From NCBI RefSeq assembly GCF_044357305.1, contig NZ_JBIKPS010000009.1, forward strand, positions 20,032-84,031: a stretch of 64,000 nucleotides of DNA. Direction: 5' to 3'. The DNA comes from Flavobacterium sp. Lineage in GTDB: Bacteria > Bacteroidota > Bacteroidia > Flavobacteriales > Flavobacteriaceae. Both the position numbers and the translations under genes were made by a program. Below, one piece after another: positions 58,801-64,000 of the stretch (positions are counted from its first letter, which is position 1; every line of letters starts with the position of its first letter). The notes beneath the pieces were generated by a model. That model did no database searches, had not been told where the DNA came from, and saw only the letters and a list, made by a program, of their open reading frames with translations.

Positions 58801-58913
58801 ATAAAGAATCTAATGTTGCCGATTTATTGGAAGACAAAAGAATGTATCATTTATTAGAGCATGTTGGTACAAAACCAAACGTTATCTACCACGTAAAAGT
58901 TAGAAATACCTAG
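55854..58913 (+). CDS. actB: ACIII ActB (Tat-exported molybdopterin-oxidoreductase-like plus Fe-S protein)
   Basis: YWKS..E and TRRDFLK Tat motif; CTGCGAC, CQHCNHAPC, CVGTRYCANNCP and KCSMC clusters. Confidence 0.94.
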   Translation: MSSNKKYWKSVEELNENSSIVETLRNNEFIEEIPTSDFLSDKDSLSSSSTTRRDFLKYVGFTTAAASLAACEGPVHKSIPYVVQPDTIIPGIADFYATTMFDGYDFANLLVKTREGRPIKIENNTIEGAKFAANARVHASVLSLYDSMRLKSPKIDAKSASWSEVDANIKASLTEAKSTGKQVVLLTNTLASPSSEKLIADFIAKNPTAKHVVYDAVSESPALDAFETVYGERALADYDFSKANTIVSLDADFLGDWQGGSYDSGYAKGRIPQAGKMSKHFQFEANMTLSGAAADKRVPMSIASQKQALVKIYNVVTGSSVVTGKIENEAEVVKAANQLKAAGSKGLLVSGIQDKNAQLLVIAINQVIKSEALLTAGARLIRKGSNEKVAQLVADMNAGAVHTLIMSGVNPVYTLANSNSFVAGLKKVKTSVAFSLREDETAEVVKIAAAAPHYLESWNDHTLTKGTYSLVQPTIRPLFNTKQFQEALMNWNGVAGTYYDYVKGTSAAFLSGNSWNKVLHDGLLVTGSSVIAGGTADYAAAANALAKATPSKDFELVLYTKTGLGDGQQANNPWLQEFPDPITRVSWDNYVTVSQADATKLLLENKIVANGGLNGSYATLTVNGVKLENVPVIVQPGQAKGTLGLALGYGKKASLKEEMQVGINAYALYNNFNNVQSATLTKGNGEHEFACVQSQKTLMGRGDIVRETTLEIFNTKEVKEWNPVPMVSLDHKEVEASTVDLWESFDRSIGHHFNLSIDLNACTGCGACVIACHAENNVPVVGKSEVRRSRDMHWLRIDRYYSSEDTFAGDNEKKENFDGLFGAKGSLGGFGSMEHPADNPQVAFQPVMCQHCNHAPCETVCPVAATSHGRQGQNQMAYNRCVGTRYCANNCPYKVRRFNWFLYNKNSEFDYHMNDDLGRMVINPDVNVRSRGVMEKCSMCIQMTQKTILDAKRDGRVIKDGEFQTACSNACSNGAMKFGDINDKESNVADLLEDKRMYHLLEHVGTKPNVIYHVKVRNT

Positions 58914-58948
58914 TTAAAAAGAATTATTAAGAAACAAGATAAAGGATT

Positions 58949-60358
58949 ATGTCGTCTCACTACGAAGCACCCATTAGAAAACCATTAGTTATTGGTGATA
59001 AAAGTTATCACGATGTGACTGTAGATGTTGCCGCCCCAGTTGAGGGTAGAGCAAACAAACAATGGTGGACCGTTTTTTCAATCGCATTAGCAGCTTTCCT
59101 TTGGGGAATAGGTTGTATCGTTTATACTGTATCTACTGGTATTGGTTCTTGGGGACTAAACAAAACAGTAGGTTGGGCTTGGGATATTACCAATTTCGTT
59201 TGGTGGGTTGGTATCGGTCACGCAGGAACATTAATTTCTGCAGTATTGTTACTTTTCCGTCAAAAATGGAGAATGGCTATTAACCGTTCTGCGGAAGCTA
59301 TGACTATCTTCTCGGTAGTACAAGCGGGTTTATTCCCAATTATCCACATGGGTCGTCCATGGTTGGCTTACTGGGTAGTTCCAATTCCTAACCAATTCGG
59401 TTCTTTATGGGTAAACTTTAATTCCCCATTACTTTGGGACGTGTTTGCAATTTCAACGTACCTTTCGGTATCTTTAGTATTCTGGTGGACTGGTCTACTT
59501 CCTGATTTTGCTATGCTAAGAGATCGAGCTGTAACTCCTTTCAATAAAAAAGTATACTCTATATTAAGTTTCGGATGGAGCGGTAGAGCTAAAGATTGGC
59601 AGCGTTTTGAAGAAGTATCTTTAGTACTTGCAGGTTTAGCTACTCCATTAGTATTGTCTGTGCATACTATTGTATCAATGGACTTTGCTACTTCTATCGT
59701 ACCAGGTTGGCATACTACAATTTTCCCTCCTTACTTTGTTGCTGGAGCGGTATTCTCAGGATTTGCAATGGTAAATACCTTGTTGATCATCATGAGAAAA
59801 GTATCTAATTTAGAAGCTTATATCACTATTCAACATATTGAATTAATGAATATTGTAATAATGATTACAGGTTCTATTGTTGGGGTTGCTTATATTACGG
59901 AATTATTCGTAGCGTGGTACTCTGGTGTAGAATACGAACAATATGCATTCTTGAATAGAGCTACTGGACCTTACTGGTGGGCCTATTGGTCGATGATGAC
60001 TTGTAACGTTTTCTCTCCACAATTCATGTGGTCTAAAAAATTAAGAACTAGTATCATGTTCTCCTTTATCATCTCTATTGTAGTAAATATAGGAATGTGG
60101 TTTGAGCGTTTTGTAATTATAGTTACCTCTTTACACAGAGATTACCTACCGTCTTCTTGGACGATGTTCTCTCCAACATTTATTGATATCGGTATTTTTA
60201 CAGGTACTATTGGTTTCTTCTTTGTTTTATTCTTATTATATGCTAGAACTTTCCCTGTGATTGCTCAAGCAGAGGTGAAAACAATATTGAAATCTTCGGG
60301 AGAATTTTACAAAAAGAATAGAGAAAAAGAAGAGAATAATCATTCAGATAAACACTAA
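58949..60358 (+). CDS. actC: ACIII ActC (NrfD family membrane subunit)
   Basis: WAWDITNFVWWVGIGHAGTLISA, HMGRPW and SVHTIVSMDF motifs. Confidence 0.95.
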   Translation: MSSHYEAPIRKPLVIGDKSYHDVTVDVAAPVEGRANKQWWTVFSIALAAFLWGIGCIVYTVSTGIGSWGLNKTVGWAWDITNFVWWVGIGHAGTLISAVLLLFRQKWRMAINRSAEAMTIFSVVQAGLFPIIHMGRPWLAYWVVPIPNQFGSLWVNFNSPLLWDVFAISTYLSVSLVFWWTGLLPDFAMLRDRAVTPFNKKVYSILSFGWSGRAKDWQRFEEVSLVLAGLATPLVLSVHTIVSMDFATSIVPGWHTTIFPPYFVAGAVFSGFAMVNTLLIIMRKVSNLEAYITIQHIELMNIVIMITGSIVGVAYITELFVAWYSGVEYEQYAFLNRATGPYWWAYWSMMTCNVFSPQFMWSKKLRTSIMFSFIISIVVNIGMWFERFVIIVTSLHRDYLPSSWTMFSPTFIDIGIFTGTIGFFFVLFLLYARTFPVIAQAEVKTILKSSGEFYKKNREKEENNHSDKH

Positions 60359-60366
60359 TAGTTGTT

Positions 60367-60894
60367 ATGAGTAGTAATAAATTTATACACGCTATATACA
60401 ATGATGATGACATTTTGATGGATGCTGTAAAGCAAACCAGAAAAGCACACCATCATATTGAAGAAGTTTTTACTCCATTTCCGGTTCACGGATTGGATAA
60501 AGCAATGGGATTGCCAGCAACAAGATTGGCTATATGTGCCTTCATCTATGGATGTATTGGTCTTACAGTAGCAATAACCATGATGGATTTCATCATGATT
60601 CAAGATTGGCCACAAGATATTGGTGGAAAACCAAGTATGAGTTACATTCAAAATATGCCTGCTTTTGTACCAGTAATGTTTGAAATGACCGTATTTTTTG
60701 CAGCCCACTTAATGGTTATTACTTTTTACATGAGAAGTAAATTATGGCCTTTTAAACAAGCTGAGAATCCAGATGTTAGAACTACAGATGACCACTTCTT
60801 AATGGAAGTAGCTGTTAATGATAATGAAGAAGAATTAACTTCTTTCTTAAAAGGTACAGGGGCAGTTGAAGTTAAAGTAATCGAAAAGAACTAA
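60367..60894 (+). CDS. actD: ACIII ActD (DUF3341)
   Basis: FTPFPVHGLD, WPQDIGGKP and PAFVPVMFE motifs. Confidence 0.92.
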   Translation: MSSNKFIHAIYNDDDILMDAVKQTRKAHHHIEEVFTPFPVHGLDKAMGLPATRLAICAFIYGCIGLTVAITMMDFIMIQDWPQDIGGKPSMSYIQNMPAFVPVMFEMTVFFAAHLMVITFYMRSKLWPFKQAENPDVRTTDDHFLMEVAVNDNEEELTSFLKGTGAVEVKVIEKN

Positions 60895-60900
60895 ACAGAC

Positions 60901-61461
60901 ATGAAAAGTTTATTAAAAATAGCATTAGTATTGGGAATAGTAATTTCCTTTTCTTCTTGTAAGGATAATAACTCTCCTAATTATCAATACATGCCTAATA
61001 TGTATGAATCGGTAGCTTACGAGACCTATTCAGAATCTACAGCATTCAATTCTCCAACAGGACTTAAAGGTAAAGAAGGACAATTGCCTCCAGTAGGAAC
61101 TGTTAAAAGAGGATATATCCCTTACGATTATCCAAACACACCAGAAGCCTATTTAGCAGTTAAAGCTGCTGATTTAAAGTCGCCATTTGAAGGTGAAGTA
61201 GATATGGAAAAAGCGCAAGCACTTTATGAAATCTATTGTGCTATCTGTCATGGAAATGAAGGAAATGGTAAAGGAAATTTAGTTACACAAGGTAAATTTT
61301 TAGGTGTTCCTAGTTATGCTGATAGAGTAATTAATGAAGGAAGTATTAATCATGTGATAAATTACGGACTTAATTCAATGGGATCTTATTCCAATCAATT
61401 AAGCCAACAAGAACGTTGGATGGTTTCTACTTATGTAATGAAACTTAAAGGACAATTATAA
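60901..61461 (+). CDS. actE: ACIII ActE monoheme cytochrome c lipoprotein
   Basis: Lipobox FSSC, YMPNMYES, CAICHG and SMGSY. Confidence 0.92.
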   Translation: MKSLLKIALVLGIVISFSSCKDNNSPNYQYMPNMYESVAYETYSESTAFNSPTGLKGKEGQLPPVGTVKRGYIPYDYPNTPEAYLAVKAADLKSPFEGEVDMEKAQALYEIYCAICHGNEGNGKGNLVTQGKFLGVPSYADRVINEGSINHVINYGLNSMGSYSNQLSQQERWMVSTYVMKLKGQL

Positions 61462-61464
61462 TAC

Positions 61465-62976
61465 TTGAACAAACAGATTCTTATAGATATGTATACATTT
61501 TCAAAAAAATTAAAAACCACAGCACTTATTCTAATGGCCTTAGGATTAGTTGGTATTGTGTATGGTTTTTTAGCTGCACCAAATACTGTTGAAGAAGCAG
61601 AAAAAATAGTTGCAGCAAGTCATCATGGTGAACATAAAGCAGAAGGTGTTACTCACGACGCGAAGGCTTTAGAATTACCAACTCATGAAGTTACTACTAC
61701 AGAAGAGCACGCTAAAAGTGAAACTACCACCGAAGTAAAAGATACTTTAGTAGAGCCTATAGACACCACTGCAGCTGTTGCAGCTGTTGCCGTTGAAAAA
61801 ATAGAACCTGCTCACGAATCAGAAGCTGAAGTTGCTAAAGAACATAAAGAGCATGTGGAACATGTTTTTCACCAATTGCAAAACAAACCTTGGGCCGCAT
61901 TGTATGTAGCTTGTATATTCTTTATGTTGATCTCTCTAGGAGTACTTGCATTTTATGCCATTCAACAAGTTGCACAAGCAGGTTGGTCTCCAGTGTTATT
62001 TAGAGTAATGCAAGGTATTACAGCTTACTTACCAGTTGGTTCTGTAATCTTTTTCCTTCTTTTAGTTGTAACTGGATTACACGTTTTTGAATCCAATCAT
62101 CTTTTTGCTTGGATGGAAAAGGGAATTACGGAAGTTGGAAACCCTAACTTCGATGCAATGATAGCCGGAAAATCTGGATATTTAAATTTTGCTTTCTGGA
62201 TTTCTAGAGCTGCAATCTTTTTATTAGGTTGGAACTTATACCGTTATATCTCTAGAAAAAATTGTTTGTCTCAAGATGAGTCTAGTGACAATACTTTCTA
62301 CAAAAAGAACTTTAAATTATCTGCAGGTTTCTTAGTATTCTTTATTGTATCGGAATCTATTATGTCTTGGGATTGGTTAATGTCATTTGATCCACACTGG
62401 TTCAGTACCTTATTCGGATGGTATGTATTTGCTAGTTTCTTTGTAAGTGCTATTACTACAATTTCTATGGTAACTTTATACTTAAAATCTAAAGGATATT
62501 TAGAACATGTAAATTCAAGTCATATTCACGATTTATCTAAATTCATGTTCGGATTTAGTGTATTCTGGACGTACTTATGGTTCTCACAATTCATGTTGAT
62601 TTGGTATGCAAATATCCCTGAGGAGATTACTTACTTCAAAACTAGAATTGATATCTATACAGTACCATTTTGGGGAGCTGTTGTTATGAACTTCATATTC
62701 CCTATATTGGTTCTTATCAATACGGACTTCAAACGAATTGCTCCAATTATCGTTGGTGCAGGAGTTGTAATCTTATGTGGACACTATATTGATTTCTTTA
62801 ATATGGTCATGCCAGCAACAGTTGGAGACCAATGGTTCATTGGTGTGTCAGAAATTGCATCTGTATTATTCTTTTTAGGTTTGTTTATTTATGTTGTATT
62901 TACTGCTTTAACCAAAGCACCTCTTACACCTAAACGTAACCCATTCATAGAAGAAAGTAAACATTTTCATTATTAA
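61465..62976 (+). CDS. actF: ACIII ActF membrane subunit
   Basis: AGWSPVLFRVM, WDWLMSFDPHWFSTLFGW and FSQFMLIWYANIPEE motifs. Confidence 0.92.
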   Translation: MNKQILIDMYTFSKKLKTTALILMALGLVGIVYGFLAAPNTVEEAEKIVAASHHGEHKAEGVTHDAKALELPTHEVTTTEEHAKSETTTEVKDTLVEPIDTTAAVAAVAVEKIEPAHESEAEVAKEHKEHVEHVFHQLQNKPWAALYVACIFFMLISLGVLAFYAIQQVAQAGWSPVLFRVMQGITAYLPVGSVIFFLLLVVTGLHVFESNHLFAWMEKGITEVGNPNFDAMIAGKSGYLNFAFWISRAAIFLLGWNLYRYISRKNCLSQDESSDNTFYKKNFKLSAGFLVFFIVSESIMSWDWLMSFDPHWFSTLFGWYVFASFFVSAITTISMVTLYLKSKGYLEHVNSSHIHDLSKFMFGFSVFWTYLWFSQFMLIWYANIPEEITYFKTRIDIYTVPFWGAVVMNFIFPILVLINTDFKRIAPIIVGAGVVILCGHYIDFFNMVMPATVGDQWFIGVSEIASVLFFLGLFIYVVFTALTKAPLTPKRNPFIEESKHFHY

Positions 62977-62995
62977 TATTTAAAGTAAACAACAA

Positions 62996-64000
62996 ATGAC
63001 GAGTTTATTAGTAATTCTTGTTTTAGTTTTATTATCGGTTGCACTTTGGCAACTAACTAAAATTTTTGATTTGACTCAAGTTGGAAAAACCAAAGAGAAT
63101 TCTCAGGTGGCCGACGATAACGACAATAAAGTTAATGGGTATTTATCTTTTGCCTTTTTAGCGTTTATTTATTTAATAACAATATATTGTTTTGTTTATT
63201 ATGGAAAATTTCCATTAATGAGTAATGCAGCTTCTGTTCATGGTAAAGATGTTGATCAATTAATGTGGATTTCAATGATCCTAATTTTCATTGTTCAAAC
63301 AATTACTCAAGGATTGTTGTTTTACTTTTCATACAAATACTATGGAAGAAAAGGTCAAGTAGCTAGTTATTTTTCAGACAACAATAAATTAGAATTTATT
63401 TGGAGTTCTATTCCAGCTATTGTTTTAGCAGTTTTAATTTTCTTTGGTTTATATTCTTGGACAGACATTATGTTTGTTAATGAAAAAGTTGAGAAACCAA
63501 TTGTTATTGAAATCTACGCCCAACAATTTAAATGGACTGCTAGATATTCTGGAACGGATAATGTTCTTGGAAAAGCAAATGTTAGATTAATTGAAGGTGT
63601 TAACTCACTGGGTGTTGATTTGGCCGATCCTAATGCACAAGATGATATTCTTGCCGATGAGATTCATATTCCAAAAGGAAAAAAAGTTATTTTTAAATTA
63701 CGTTCACAAGATGTATTGCACTCTATGTATATGCCTCATTTTAGAGCTCAAATGAATTGCGTTCCAGGAATGGTAACTCAGTTTGCTTTTATACCTTCTG
63801 TTACAACAGCAGAAATGAGAGAAAATACTGACATGATTGAAAAAGTAGCGAACATAAATAAAATAAGAGAAGATAAAAGTGTAGAATTAATTGCAGATGG
63901 TAAAACTGCTTTAGATCCTTACACTTTTGATTACCTTTTATTATGTAATAAAATTTGTGGAGCCTCTCATTACAACATGCAAATGAAAGTGATAGTAGAT
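62996..64000 (+). CDS. coxB: Cytochrome c oxidase subunit II (runs off window end; missing from the ORF track)
   Basis: Hand translation MTSLLVILVLVLL..LEFIWSSIP..AQQFKW..SQDVLHS..QMNCVPG..CNKICGASHYNM gives the CuA ligands. Confidence 0.95.
   Translation, partial: MTSLLVILVLVLLSVALWQLTKIFDLTQVGKTKENSQVADDNDNKVNGYLSFAFLAFIYLITIYCFVYYGKFPLMSNAASVHGKDVDQLMWISMILIFIVQTITQGLLFYFSYKYYGRKGQVASYFSDNNKLEFIWSSIPAIVLAVLIFFGLYSWTDIMFVNEKVEKPIVIEIYAQQFKWTARYSGTDNVLGKANVRLIEGVNSLGVDLADPNAQDDILADEIHIPKGKKVIFKLRSQDVLHSMYMPHFRAQMNCVPGMVTQFAFIPSVTTAEMRENTDMIEKVANINKIREDKSVELIADGKTALDPYTFDYLLLCNKICGASHYNMQMKVIVD

Overview
AT-rich Bacteroidota chromosome segment, most likely from a Flavobacterium-like member of the Flavobacteriaceae. 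This rests on TAnnTTTG promoters, a T9SS C-terminal domain, an alternative complex III operon and the gene set. The backbone is housekeeping: aat (partial), tag, an M3 peptidase, rplM-rpsI-rpsB-tsf, polA, tRNA-Gln, rimP-nusA-infB, a polyprenyl synthetase, gpmI, two L,D-transpeptidases, tRNA-Gly, pepE, an M1 peptidase, tatA, rlmN, actABCDEF and the start of cytochrome c oxidase subunit II. The most interesting part is 26.3-38.7 kb, an accessory region with no integrase or transposase. It contains a TetR-ABC-HlyD-TolC cassette whose only ABC protein has a degenerate ATPase site, bracketed by ~120-bp direct repeats. It also contains a GNAT/51-aa toxin-antitoxin-like pair bracketed by ~300-bp direct repeats, a 10 x 21-bp block-shuffled tandem array, a beta-helix protein plus T9SS partner pair, an XRE regulator and an orphan antitoxin with a toxin stub. 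A 34-bp second copy of the gpmI 3' end at 32430 marks the left edge of a 6.2-kb insert. Modular REP-like repeats and short-period inverted-repeat stacks recur at many gene junctions. Product calls come from motif recognition only and identities were counted by eye; no database searches were run.
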